Below, piece after piece: positions 26,695 to 38,739 of a stretch of 64,000 nt of DNA. Origin of the DNA: Mobula hypostoma. Taxonomy: Eukaryota. The position numbers and the translations under genes were made by a program. Positions within the stretch are counted from its first letter, which is position 1; each line of letters begins with the position of its first letter. The DNA lies in NCBI RefSeq assembly GCF_963921235.1, contig NC_086100.1, positions 178,498,001-178,562,000 of the forward strand, written 5' to 3'. A model generated the notes under the pieces. It was not told the origin of the DNA, made no database searches, and saw nothing but the letters and a program-made list of their open reading frames with translations.

Positions 26695-29181
26695 TCAACC
26701 CAGTGAATTGTAGAGCTTCTGATGCAGGTAGGCTATTTTCTCAGAGCGAGTTCTTTTAAGTAATGGGACCCACTCCCAATAAGGAAGCTCTGTGACGACA
26801 TAGCCTGCTCGTACCAGCTGCCTCCTCTTCATACTGTGCAATCCCAGAAGGATGTGGGAACTGTGGCAGTAGTGATTACGGTTAGATACCTGAATGGCAA
26901 GTTTTCTGATTTCTGATTTCTGAGCAGCATTTTGGTTTGCAATCTTTGAGTTAGTCAATGAACTTAGGAGACTGTCTGTAAGGGAAACATCATTTCTAAA
27001 TAGTTTTAGATTCAAACCTACGTGGCTTCTTTCTTTGACGTCTTCAGTTTTGTGCAAATCTTTAACAAACCCATCTTCTCTCACGCACAAACTGTCAGAG
27101 TCACTTTTTAAACTGGATCTGCCGGTGCTGCCTTTGGCAAGTTGGGAAATTAGCTCATCAGTGACCTGAACACTATTGAACTTCAGCTCAAGTTTTTTCA
27201 AGTCCTTGTTTGTTGCTTCTGTGTTGAATGGCAGTGGCTCACCACTGGGGTCAAAGTGCACCTCAAGGTCAGCTGACCTGGTATGCGGCAAAATCAGATG
27301 TTTCTTTACAAACTGAGGGCCACCAAGCATGACTTGCAGCAGAGTGGCAGCTTCAACCATCTCTGGCTTCACACAAATATCCTGCCTGGCAAAATTCCAG
27401 AGCATTTCTGTGACTTCCTGTCGTAATTGCAAGGGGAGACGGTGACCTGTGTAATCGGGGCACTCAATTGCCACCGTTCCATCAAGTGTAAAGAGATCTT
27501 TCTTCAGCTCAAATGGACTCCCATCGATCGCCAACTTAATAAAATATGGACTCAAAGCAACATTGATCAGGTTGTGAGGGAAGCGCTGACTAAACGCCAG
27601 TGCCAACAAAGCAGTGAGAAAATGCTCTGGGAAACGCTGATATTCATGTGTTTTAAGGTGCAACTGCTCAGTTAAGCTGGAAAAAAATTCAGTAGCATTT
27701 TCAGGCTCATAGTTCAAGGCCGAAAAGGACCAGAGGTATTTAGCAACGTCTTTGCTCCTACAGTACTGTACCTTTGAAGGCACCTTGGCAGCAACAGAAT
27801 CCAGGAGACGAGTGTCTCGATAGCGCAACGATGCACATGCCAACACAATATGCATTACCCCCTGAGTGCCAATTTTAGGAATCCGTTCAGGTGCTACCTC
27901 CCCTAGACGCTCCAAGAAAGGCATGTGGCTCACATGTGTGTAGCGGAACATCTTCAACACGTTCACCAAGCTATAATTGCTAATGTCTTCCATTTTTGCA
28001 GCAACCTTGTCACCAATTCTCCTCATCAGCTGCTCAGAAAATCCATTTTTTGACTTGAAGAAACCCAAGCAGGAAGCTCCAATCTCCTCCAGGTTCATCT
28101 GGTCCAGGTAATTGGACAGCAGCAGTTCCAGTTTCTGCATGAGATCTGCAGGGGCTCGGCGGCTTTCCCCAATGATGTAAAGGAGCTGAACTAGTTGGGG
28201 CATAGTCAGCTCTTTCCAACGCAAGCCCACGTAGCTCAGGACTAGTTCCATGTACCGTGGCACACTGTACCCAAGGCAGCGCCACATGTCGGCTACGTAC
28301 AAGAGCTGATTAAACTCCATGTCCCACACACGGCGGCAGAACTCAGCGCTGAGGGGCTTCAGCAACGCGTGGGAAGGGGGCAGCTGAAGGCGGACCATGG
28401 CCTTGAGAAATTGGAAAAGCTGAGGCAAAGTGAATGCGTCCAGGCTGTCGATGCTGTACTGGCAAAGCATTCCAAACCGGAAATCAGCCTTCAGAAGCAC
28501 GTGTTGCTCAGCTGGCAACCAGCTGAGGTGCCAGGCATAGTCAGATATAATCTCTGGGGTCAGGCTGCTTTTCAAGATTGAAACGTTAGAGAGAATCTTC
28601 TGCTCCTCTTTCACAGTGAGTTCCTCTCTCTGCTCGGAGCTGCAAAAACAAAGGCCCTTGTAGGCACTTCCAATTTTCTGGAATCCTCGAGGGTCTTCTT
28701 TTGTATCATAGACCTCCACAATGTCTAACTCCGCTTTTTCCTTTGAAGTCATGGTCCGCCAGGTATCGCTATGCTGGTCTTCACTGGGCTTGCTATAAGC
28801 CAGCTCCAGCAATGTGTTCCTGATGCTGGACAGTCGGCGAGAACAAGTCACCATGTAAGTGTTACATACTTGCTTGATTCTTACATTGGATGGAACATGC
28901 TCCAGGAAAAATGGTAAAGCATTTCTGTCATCCTTCGTCTCATTGGAAGCATTCTGCTGTGCCTGGATTTTAGTACTAGCATATGCTGCAGGACAGGAAT
29001 ATATTTTATAGTCTGTGCCAGACAAAAAGAGATTGGTCCTGTCAAACCTTACACCTGGCTTGTTGTTGTCATCCTCTTTCTTCTCTTCAAGTCTTGCCAC
29101 TTCAGTGCATCGAATGGTCTTTGAATATGTTCGCCAGTTACAGATTCTTCTGGGAAGCTTCCAGGAGTTGACCGTAGCCAT
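26695..29181 (-). CDS. FASTKD5: FAST kinase domain-containing protein 5, mitochondrial (828 aa, single coding exon, nested in UBOX5 intron 1)
   Basis: Long intact ORF with helical repeats, CRSKDVAKYLWSF, LPHTRSADLEV and a C-terminal RAP domain (KLAIQVSNRNHYC...MKRRQL...ELPYWEW); splice acceptor ctgcctttttttcag| ending at 29219; conserved position inside UBOX5. Confidence 0.96.
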   Translation of the reverse strand: MATVNSWKLPRRICNWRTYSKTIRCTEVARLEEKKEDDNNKPGVRFDRTNLFLSGTDYKIYSCPAAYASTKIQAQQNASNETKDDRNALPFFLEHVPSNVRIKQVCNTYMVTCSRRLSSIRNTLLELAYSKPSEDQHSDTWRTMTSKEKAELDIVEVYDTKEDPRGFQKIGSAYKGLCFCSSEQREELTVKEEQKILSNVSILKSSLTPEIISDYAWHLSWLPAEQHVLLKADFRFGMLCQYSIDSLDAFTLPQLFQFLKAMVRLQLPPSHALLKPLSAEFCRRVWDMEFNQLLYVADMWRCLGYSVPRYMELVLSYVGLRWKELTMPQLVQLLYIIGESRRAPADLMQKLELLLSNYLDQMNLEEIGASCLGFFKSKNGFSEQLMRRIGDKVAAKMEDISNYSLVNVLKMFRYTHVSHMPFLERLGEVAPERIPKIGTQGVMHIVLACASLRYRDTRLLDSVAAKVPSKVQYCRSKDVAKYLWSFSALNYEPENATEFFSSLTEQLHLKTHEYQRFPEHFLTALLALAFSQRFPHNLINVALSPYFIKLAIDGSPFELKKDLFTLDGTVAIECPDYTGHRLPLQLRQEVTEMLWNFARQDICVKPEMVEAATLLQVMLGGPQFVKKHLILPHTRSADLEVHFDPSGEPLPFNTEATNKDLKKLELKFNSVQVTDELISQLAKGSTGRSSLKSDSDSLCVREDGFVKDLHKTEDVKERSHVGLNLKLFRNDVSLTDSLLSSLTNSKIANQNAAQKSEIRKLAIQVSNRNHYCHSSHILLGLHSMKRRQLVRAGYVVTELPYWEWVPLLKRTRSEKIAYLHQKLYNSLG

Positions 29182-29399
29182 GTCAGTGAAGAGTATGACA
29201 CTTGGCTTCTCTCCAGTACTGAAAAAAAGGCAGAATAGTAAGTGTATTGAAGTTCCAAGATGACCAGCATTAGTAATTCAGTGCAAAACTCCTGGGGATC
29301 TGCAATCACCTTTAATCATCAACATCTGCTTTATGACAAAGAAACAGTTCCTTTAAAAAAACTTAGAAGCACTTCCTAACTATTAATTCTATGCTAATA

Positions 29400-30450
29400 T
29401 CCAACCGAACACTGATGTAGTGGATACAGGTGCTTTCCCTCATCTTCTGCAGTTCAACAAGGTATCAGACCAACTATAACTAGGCCTTCAATGGAGAATG
29501 ACCTGGGTGAGAACAGCAGTGTTGGTTTGTTTGTTCTGCAGTGAATTTGGAGAATTGTGTGATGTATTTTTCCAAATCCCTTGAGATGTCAGGAACACAT
29601 TGTAGGGTAGAGATCATTGTTGCTCATTAGACTGAGTTTTGTACCAGTTCTCAGATCTTGATTTTTATTCTGGTGTCCTTCCCTTCAATCAATCACACCT
29701 GCCTTCAAGAGGTGGCCCCTAAGATATGGCTAAAGTACCAGGTTTTCTCTTGTTGATGTGTGGTGCAGCTGAGGGGTCACTTGCCTCGCGTCTGTTGAGC
29801 AGACGGCCCGCCCTCTCGCATGATGAGAATGTTGATGATGATTTGGCTTCCAAGTATATGCAAGCACAAATCTCATGTCTAGAAGGCAGCTCAAATACTG
29901 AGGTTTGAGTAAGTCTGATTGTGGAGTGTGGTCATCTCGATTGACAACTTACCATTGGCTCTGAAGATTATCATTCCCTCATGAGGAAAATTGGTTGGAG
30001 GTGAGATGCAATGTTGTGGCAAGAAAGACTGAGAAATCATTGGGACAATAACATAGTTTTTGATTCTGCAGAGAATGGTTTTCTTGTAGACCCACTGGTT
30101 AACATTGTTAAGTAAATGCAAAATGGAGAGGTTGATATGCCACTGTCCCCTTTGACTGGTGAAAGTCTTTGGTGAGGTTACACTGACAGACAGATGAGGA
30201 GATCTTCTAAGTATATCTTCAAGAAGCCAGTGCAAGCCTCTCTGCTTTTGAGTTCACCTCCTTTTCTGGCTCTCAGCAGGGTGGAGCCTTTGGAACTAGA
30301 TTCGGCAATAAAGAAGAATATGTGTGTCATGACCAGCAGTTGATAAACCTTCTACACCATCTGTTCTGTTTGACCTCAAGGGTCCCCCTCCCCACTCCTG
30401 TGAGGAAAGGTGAAGCTTTCAATCCAGGATGTACTTGCACCTGCAATTAA
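29400..30450 (-). mobile_element. Highly decayed RTE-like LINE fragment
   Basis: Minus-strand remnants FSVFLATTLHLT and IIFRANGKL resemble RTE RT segments. Confidence 0.4.
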
Positions 30451-30984
30451 CCAGCATCTAAAATTCCCAGTAATTCTCATCAAACCAACACTGGTTCTTC
30501 ATGTTTGAGAAATCAAACCCTCTTCACAGGTGCAAATTGGGGAAGGAGCTCAGGATAGTTTTTGAAGTGCATAGCACTGTGGTTCAATCACTGTATTTGC
30601 CTCTAGAGGTGTGGACTATAGATCAGGAACTACAAATTAAATTTAAATGCAGTTTATTAAATCTAGAATTAAAATATAAATATCAAATGCTTCCATCCAT
30701 CAACTGGCACATTTAATAATCCACTTAAATGAGAATCAAATCAGCAAGCTATTCAATCATTCCGACTCCTTTGCCTTCTCCCAGATTATAATGAGTAAGA
30801 AGTGTGACTCTGCCTGTCTCATGTACAGTTGTGTCATCATTGGCTGCTCTATCTTTCCTAGCTAAGCAATCAGCACCTAGTTTTTAATTAACCATGGAAA
30901 GCCATATAGAAAAAAAGCCATTTAACATACCATGCCAAAGCAGGTAAAAAAAAAATGCCACAATCAAGACTAACCTCACTATTG

Positions 30985-31170
30985 GTACTTGTCCCTCCCC
31001 CCAACTTCTTATTCTGGTTTCTTCCTCCTTCCTTTCTAGTGCTGAAGGGTCCCAGCCCGAAATGTTGACTCTTTATTTCTTTCCATAGCTGCTGCCCGAC
31101 TTGCTGAATTCCTCCACTATTTTGTGTGTGTGTGTTAGTCTAGATTTCAAGCATCTGAAAAATCTCAAGT
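30985..31170 (+). mobile_element. Degenerate Penelope terminal-repeat fragment
   Basis: ctgaagggtcccagcccgaaatgttgac...gctgcccgacttgctgaattcctcca resembles the fold-back arms. Confidence 0.5.
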
Positions 31171-31389
31171 TTATTGGTCCATTTTCTCTAACATTTTTTA
31201 AGAACTGTTACAGTCTGAAATTTATTTCTTAAAGGATACAAGATATGTTTGAAAGAAAATAGCTATAGAACTGTTTGGAGTCAGAACGAACTTCAAACAG
31301 CTGGCACAGACACAATGAGCTGTTGGATGCCTTGTGTGTTGCAAAATATCATAACCGTCACCGCCACAAAACAACGTGCACTGGTTTCT

Positions 31390-34340
31390 CTTCTGAATCC
31401 TGCGCAGGTGGCAGGCCCCAATGGAGTATCTGGTAAGACTCTGAAAACTTGTGCCAACCAACAGGCGGAAGTATTCAAGGACATTTTCAACCTCTCATTG
31501 CCACGGTCTGAAGTTCCCACCTGCTTCAAAAGGGCAACATTTATACCAGTGTTCAAAACAGCAGCGTCAGCTGCCTTAATGATTCATCATCCAATAACAA
31601 ATACATCCACGGTGATGAAATGCTTTAAGAGGTTGGCCTTGGCTAGAGTCAACTCCTGCCCCAGCAAGGATCTGGACCCTCTGAAATTTTCCTATTGCTA
31701 CAATAGGTCTATGGCAGACACAATTTCAATGGCTCGTCACAGAGCTCTAGATCACCTGAACAATACAAACCCCTGTGTCAGGATGCTGTTCGTTGACTAT
31801 AGCTCAACATTTAACACCATCATTCCCACAGTCCCAATCGATAAGTTGCAGAACCTGGGCCTCTGTACCTCCCTCTGCAATTGGATCCTCAACTTAGACC
31901 ATAAGAGCAGAATTAGACCATCTGGCCTATCTAGTCTGCTCCGCTATTCAATCATAGCTGATCCTTTTTTTGTCCCCTACTCAACCCCAGTTCCCGGCCT
32001 TCTCCCGGTAACCTTTGATGCCATGTCCAATCAATAACCTATCAATCTCTGTCTTAAATACACCCAATGACCTGGCTTCCACAGCTGCATGTGGCAACAA
32101 TTTCAACAAAGTCACCACTCTTTGGTTAAAGAAATTTCTCTGCATCTCTGTTTTGAAAGGAAGCCCCTCTACCCTGAGGCTGTGCCCTCTGTCCTAGACT
32201 CACCCACCTTAGGAAACATCTACTCTGTCTAGGCCTTTCAACATTCGAAAGGTTTCAATGAGATCCCTCCTCATCCTTCTGAATTCCAGCGAGTACAGAC
32301 CCAGAGCTATCAAACGTTCCTCGTGTGATAACCCTTTCATTCCTGAAATCATCCTTGTGAACCTCCTCTGGACCCTCTCCAATGCCAGGATATCTTTTCT
32401 AAGATAACAGGCCCAAAACTGTTCACAATACTCAAGGTGAGGCTTCACCAGTACCTTATAAAGCCTCAGCATCACATCCTTGCTCTTGTATCCTTGACCT
32501 CTTGAAATGTATGCTAACATGATATTTGCCTTCCTCACCACCAACTCAACCTGCAAGTTAACCTTCAGAGTGTTCAACACAAGGATTCTCAAGTCCCTTT
32601 GCATCTCAGATTCATGGATTTTCTCCCAGTTTTAGAAAGTAGTCCACACACTTATTTCCACTAACAATGTGCATGACCATGCATTTTTCAACATTGTATT
32701 TCATTTGCCACTTTCTTGCCCATTCTCCTAATCTAAGTCCTTCTGCATCCTACCTATTTCCTCAACACTACCTGCCCCTCCACCAATCTTCGTATCATCT
32801 GCAAACTTAGCAACAAAGCCATCTATTTCATCATCTAAGTCATTTATATACAGCATAAAAAGAAGTGATCCCAACACCGATCCCTGTGGAACACCACTAG
32901 TCACTGGCAGCCAAGCAGAAAAGGATCCTTTTGTTCCCACTCGCTGCCTCCTACCAATTAGCCAATGCTCTAACCATGTTCATAACTTTCCTGTGAAACC
33001 ATGGGCTCTTAACTTGGTAAGCAGCCTTATGTGTGGCATTTTGTCAAAGGCCTTCTCAAAGTCCAAATATACAACATCCACTACACCCCCTTTATCTATC
33101 CTACTTGTAATCTCCTCTAAAAATTCCAACAGGTTCGTCAGGCAGGATTTTCCCTGAAAGAAACCATGCTGACTTTGTACTATATCGTCCTGTGTCACCA
33201 AGTACTCCATCACCTCATACTTAACAATTAACACTTACATCTTCCCAACTACTGACGTCAGACTAACTGGTCTATAATTTCCTTTCTGCTGCCTTCCTCC
33301 TTCCTTAAAGAGTGGAGTGATATTTCAATTTTCCAGTCATCTGGCACCATGCCAGAGTCCAATAATTTTTGGAAGATCATTTCTAATGCCACCACAATCT
33401 TTAACGCCACAACTTTCAGAACCCTAGGGTGCAGACTTCCTCACCAGAAGACCACAATCTGTGCCGATTGGTAATAAAATAACCTCCTTGCTGATGACCA
33501 ACACAGGTGCACCTAGGGGTGTGTGCTTAGTCCACTGCTCTTCTTTCTCTGTACCCATAACTGTGTGGCTAGATATAGCTCAAATGCTACCTTTAAATAT
33601 GTTGATGATAAAACCATTGTTGGTAGAATCTCAGATGGAAATAAGAAGGCACACAAGAGCGAGATATACAAACTAGTTGTGTTGTGTTGCGTTGCAGCAA
33701 CAACCTTGATACTACGGAATTGTGGAATTTGGGAAGAGTAAGGCAAGAGAACATGAACCAATCCACATAGAGGGATCAGGAGTGGAGAGCCTGGGCCATT
33801 TTTCAAGTTTCTGGGTGTGAAGCTGGCTGAGGATCCAACCTGGTCCCAACATATCAATGTAGCTATAAAGAAAGCAAGACAGCAGCTATATTTCATTAGG
33901 AGTTTGAGATTTGGTTTGTCACCTAAAACACTCGAAAACTTCTACAGGTGTACCTTGGAGAGCATTCTGGCTGCTGCATCACTGTCTGGTATGGCGGGAG
34001 GGGGGAAGGCTACTGAACAGGATCTAAGTAAGCCACAGGAAGTTGTAGTTCCATCTTGGGTACTAGCCTCCGTAGTATCAAAGACATCTTCAAGGATCGG
34101 AGCCTCAGAAAATCAGCGTCCATTATTAATGACTCTCATCACCCAGGACATGCCCTCTTCTCAATGTTACCTTCCGGAAGGAGGTACAGAAGCCTGAAGG
34201 CAAACACTCAGCCGTTCATGAACAGCTTCTTCCTCTCTGCCGTTCAGTTCCCAAATGGACATTGAATCCATGAACACTACCTCACTCTTTTGACACTATT
34301 TCTGTTTTTGTACTAGTTTTATTTTAACTATTTAATATAC
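31390..34340 (+). mobile_element. Rex1/Babar LINE split by a CR1 insertion
   Basis: LKTCANQ..VFKDIFNLSL, RMLFVDYSSTFNTI, LCNWILN up to ~31890, resuming DFLTRRPQSV...TGAP, YVDD from ~33433. Confidence 0.8.
31895..33432 (-). mobile_element. CR1 LINE fragment nested in Rex1/Babar
   Basis: [31 protein letters not shown] motifs. Confidence 0.88.
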
Positions 34341-34511
34341 CTATATACGAACCTGATGCCCGTCAATTTACTTCACGCTCTCGCTTTGTGTCTCAAACCT
34401 TTTCCAGCCTTAACCGTACAGAATATTTTCTATACCCCACGTCTAAATCATAGCTATATGAACTACTGTGCTTTCCTTTCCCATTGAAAAGTATTTGAAT
34501 GTTTTAATTAC

Positions 34512-34700
34512 CTTCAAAGCACCTCCAAGCCTGACTCCACAGGCCTCGCCAGCTTGAGGCCTCCACACATGCGCATAGAGCCCTGTACTCAGCGCGTGCG
34601 CATAAGGGATCGCTGCCGGCGTTCCGTGTGCGCGTGCGCACTTTCCCGGCTGGTGGACGGTGGCTATCTGCTCGTGTTTCCACGTCCCTCCCTCTCCCCC
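34512..34700 (-). promoter_or_regulatory. Putative shared promoter and non-coding exon 1 of UBOX5/FASTKD5
   Basis: Non-repeat CpG-dense patch upstream of both genes; NRF1-like GCGCGTGCGCA motifs at 34592-34602 and 34630-34640; minus-strand donor GAAG|GTAATT at 34512/34511. Confidence 0.6.
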
Positions 34701-34745
34701 CGTTTCTCCCCTAATTGATTCCTTCTCGAATATCTTCATGATTTA

Positions 34746-35230
34746 TTGAACATCGATTTCTCTAACTTCGAGCAGCCAATCCCCTCGATTCTGTTTTCCC
34801 TTACCTCATTTTTTTTCTGTCCCTCAACATCTGCCCATCACCCTCACATTCCAACTATTGGTTTTCCACCGGTTTCCTTTTATTCCATGGCCCTCTGTCT
34901 TCTTCAATCGGATTCCACCTTATTAAAGTTCAAAGTAAATTTATCATTTTAGTATGTAGATATTACCTAATACTACCTTGAGATTCATTTTGTTGCAGGC
35001 ATTTACAGGAAAAAGAACAGTACGATAGGGGGGAAAAAACCTCTTTTCATTTCCACCTATCACCTTCCAGCTTCTTATGTAATTACTTATCTTCTCCCCA
35101 CCCTCTTCAGCTCTACTCCCGTTCACATGGATCGATCTATCATCCACTAGCTGTTCCTGCAGCCCCCCTCACACATTTTAATGTACTTCTTTCTGGTCGT
35201 GATGAAGAACCTCAACCTGCAACATTTCAT
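34746..35230 (+). mobile_element. Degenerate Penelope-like 3' fragment
   Basis: Starts with NIDFSNF-coding sequence followed by a pyrimidine-rich tail like the 4.5-5.1 kb copy. Confidence 0.5.
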
Positions 35231-35783
35231 GGCAGTCTCGAGAAGACGAATCTTACAGTTGTAGACTGCAGACATACTTTGATAATAAATGAACCTTTGA
35301 ACTTTGTCATTTCCCTCTGTAGAAGCTGCCGGAGTACCCCGCCCAGCTCTGTAGTGTGTTGCTCCCTGCTTGGTTTTCTACACATGCACAGAAGTGCTGG
35401 TTGGGGTTTCTCAGCAAATGCAGAAGGCCTCCTTAGCTCTAGGCAACCTCCACATGTGTATCGCTGCCTCCTGTTGTGACGTTTGGGAGTCTCCCCTTAC
35501 AGGCCTGCTGGTGCCACTGGGGGAGCGCAGTGTGTCAAGGAGCATCTGTGAGAGGAAAGAATTCGGGGTCGCAAGCAGAGAGGCAAAGCGGCCAGCATAG
35601 CGAGAGGAGCAGGAGTGACAATTAAAGAATCTGAGATGAATGGTAGATGGGGAGGGCTGTAGGATGACAGGCAGGTGGGGCACCATAAGGAATGAGCAGG
35701 GGTGGAGTTGGAAGACTGTGGAAGGTGAACAATAGATCGAGGCAGACAAAGAGAGAGAGGGAAAAGACAACAGATGGAGTAAG

Positions 35784-36064
35784 CAACACACATCAAAGTT
35801 GCTGGTGAACGCAGCAGGCCAGGCAGCATCTCTAGGAAGAGGTACAGTCGACGTTTCAGGCCGAGACCTTTTGTCAGGACTAACTGAAGGAAGAGTTCCT
35901 TCAGTCAACTCTTCCTTCAGTTAGTCCTGACGAAGGGTCTCGGCCTGAAACGTCGACTGTACCTCTTCCTAGAGACGCTGCCTGGCCTGCTGCGTTCACC
36001 AGCAACTTTGATGTGTGTTGCTTAAATTTCCAGCATCTGCAGAATTCCTCTTGTCTGCGTTTTT
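35784..36064. mobile_element. Penelope-derived fold-back element with hammerhead-ribozyme motif
   Basis: 117-bp inverted arms (35781-35897 / 35907-36023) with a 9-nt spacer; flanking direct repeat AGATGGAGTAAG at 35772-35783 and 36065-36076. Confidence 0.8.
35922..35959 (+). ncRNA. Minimal type I hammerhead ribozyme motif
   Basis: TAGTC-CTGACGA-AGG(GTCTCGG)CCT-GAAAC-GTC^GACTG: stem I UAGUC/GACUG, CUGANGA and GAAA core, stem II AGG/CCU, palindromic ACGU in place of stem III, GUC cleavage triplet. Confidence 0.65.
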
Positions 36065-37059
36065 AGATGGAGTAAGGGAGTGTGAAGATGGGATACAGTT
36101 GCTGGAGGCAGATAAGTAGGGACACAAAGCATTACCAGACCTGGATTTGGAAAAGTGAAGGAGGTGAGAATGGGAAGAATAGGAGAGAGGGGATCTTTAG
36201 AAGTTGTAAAATGGCCAATTGCATTCTAACACCACTAGATGGAACACGATTATCATCTGAGAGTGTTGAGTCCAATTCCGTCACTGACAGATCGAGGGGT
36301 CTATTTCCTGCAGAGAACAGGAGATCACTGGGCAGGAGGATAAAGCAATTGCCATTACCAACGCCAAACACAAGGTGACCCTATGAAGGGGATTCATATG
36401 TAGTTCAATAAAAAGAAGGCAGAAACAAAATGTGCTACAACACACACAACACTGGAAGAATTCAACTGAATTCATTCAGTGCTTGGCATGTTGCTCTAGA
36501 TTCCAACATCTGACGTCTCCAGAAAAAATGCTACGAACCCTCTACAGTTCAGGCAGCAACCGTTGAGAGAAAAAACAGTCAGTATTCTAGATGAGAACTG
36601 GTGAATGATCGAGGCATAACAGGTTTTAAGCAGCCGTTAGATGGATGCAAATGACCCGTCAGTTTACATCTCAATACCGAGTAAATGGTCTTTGTTGTTT
36701 GTGGAAGCTTTCTGTCCTAAAACGTGGCAAGACACATATAAATTAAATGAACTTTATCCCCCAAGAGACAGTTGCAAGCATCCATTTAATCAACAAACCC
36801 CAAAAAGCAACACTTCTCATGAAAATGAAGCTTTTGTTGTTCTAGTGTACAGTGGGTATATAAAGAAACAGCTGATATGAACTAGTCATGTTCTAATCCA
36901 GGGGGCTGTATGATCAAGCAAGGAAATAAGTGATTCCCCTGTTTTAAGCCAAGAAGTCTTGCCGCCGCCGGCTACCCACTGAGGGGATGGTTAAACACGC
37001 TTTAGGGCGCCGATAAGTGGGGTCAAGAAAGTAACATTCGGGGCCCTCTCTCGCTCCCA

Positions 37060-37360
37060 CTTCGCTATTGCCCATTCCGGAGCTTTACAGAGAGGAGGAG
37101 AATAATGTAACTCACTTTGATTCATTCGGATGGAAACTTGTGCGGCATCAGTTCAAACACCAGAGAACACTGGGGTAGAAACCAGCAGCATGACATGGGA
37201 CTCCCATCGACGCGCTCAGGAGTAGGCAGATTTAGGGATCTATCGGGATTCTCCCTCTGAAGATCGTGGAGTACCCGATTCTGGGCTTTTAAAATTTCCT
37301 TGATGGCCAAAAGAAATGTGGCCAATTTCCGCAGCTGTTGTTCATACGAACTGACCAACT
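37060..37360 (-). mobile_element. Gypsy (sushi-like) gag remnant
   Basis: LPTPERVDGSP..CC.FL.QCSLVFELMPHKFPSE resembles a retrotransposon gag motif; cut by the adjacent CR1. Confidence 0.5.
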
Positions 37361-37361
37361 G

Positions 37362-38055
37362 ATCAGTGCTGGGTCCATTGTTATTTGTCATCTATATCAA
37401 TGATCTGGATGATAATGCGGTAAATTAGATTAGCAAATTTTCTGATGATACAAAGATTGGAGGTGTAGTGGACAGTGAGGATGGTTTTCAAAGCTTGCAG
37501 AGGGATTTGGACCAGCTGGAAAAATGGGCTGAAAAATGGCAGATGGAGTTTAATGCAGACAAGTGTGAGGTATTGCACTTTGGAAGGACAAACCAAGGTA
37601 GAACATACAAGGTAAATGGTAGGGCACTGAGGAGTGCAGTAGAACAGACAGATCTGGGAATACAGATACAAAATTCCCTAAAAGTGGCGTCACAGGTAGA
37701 TAGGGTCGTAAAAAGAGCTTTTGGTACATTGGCCTTTATAAATCAAAGTATTGAGTATAAGAATTGGAATGTTATGGTGAGGTTGTATAAGGCGTTGGTG
37801 AGGCGAAATTTGGAGTATTGTCTACAGTTTTGGTCACAAAATTACAGGAAGAATATTAATAAGGTTGAAAGAGTGCCGAGAAGGTTTACAAGGAGGTTAC
37901 CGGGACTTGAGAAACTGAGTTATAGAGAAAGGTTGAAAGGTTGAAGGGACTTTATTCCTTGGAGTGTAGGAGAATGAGGGGAGATTTGATAGAGGTATAT
38001 AAAATTATGATGGGTATAGATAGAGTGAATGCAAGCAGGCTTTTTCCACTGAGAG
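37362..38055 (+). mobile_element. CR1 RT C-terminal fragment
   Basis: SVLGPLLFVIYINDLD, LQRDLD.LEKWAEKWQMEFN.DKC. Confidence 0.88.
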
Positions 38056-38739
38056 AGGAGTGAATATCGCGGGAAAGTGAGAAAAATTGGCCCGACCCTC
38101 ACCTCTATTCCCTACACGCAGCCTTTCCAGCCCACCTGAGCTGGTGTTTAAATTGTCTAAACACAGAATTGCACCCCACATTTGGACCCACGCCGCGGCA
38201 CAGCAATACACTCAGGGTCTAGTCCTTGCCGTCCAGCCCAAGTCCATTCTTGACCTCTCTAAGTTCGCTTAACGCTTACAGCGATCCAATCTTGCACCCA
38301 GCTTAGGTGGCTGGGGATCACATCTTCTCTGCCTCGACTCCTCCTCCCTCCAAGTCCATCTCCAACAGTGTCGCCATCTCCGTCTCAAACATGTTATACT
38401 TTGACTTTCAGTCAGCTTCACTTTTGCTTGCATCTTTATTGTTTGCCACAATTTACTTCAGAAAATGAGTTAGTAATAAGTTTTCAGTCAAATTACTTGC
38501 CTTTTGAACTACCAGTAAGCTGTCACTCGCCTGACACAGAATGCTCTGAAACTCTCTGCTTGAAGGACTGGTTGAACTGAATGTGATATTGAAAAATTGT
38601 GACTTACAGTGTTACGGGTCAAGTGTGGGAAATATGAATTAGGCTGCATGCCTCCTTATGATACATATCTGGATGATGTGCTGAATTGCCCCCATCTGTC
38701 TTGTAATTTTTTTTCTATTTTGTGATCTCCTATAGTAGA

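Noticed and set aside
35781-36023. Pre-miRNA or DNA-transposon MITE
   Set aside because: The arms derive from a Penelope terminal repeat, the element is asymmetric, and the flanking duplications vary (12 vs 14 bp), which fits retrotransposition.
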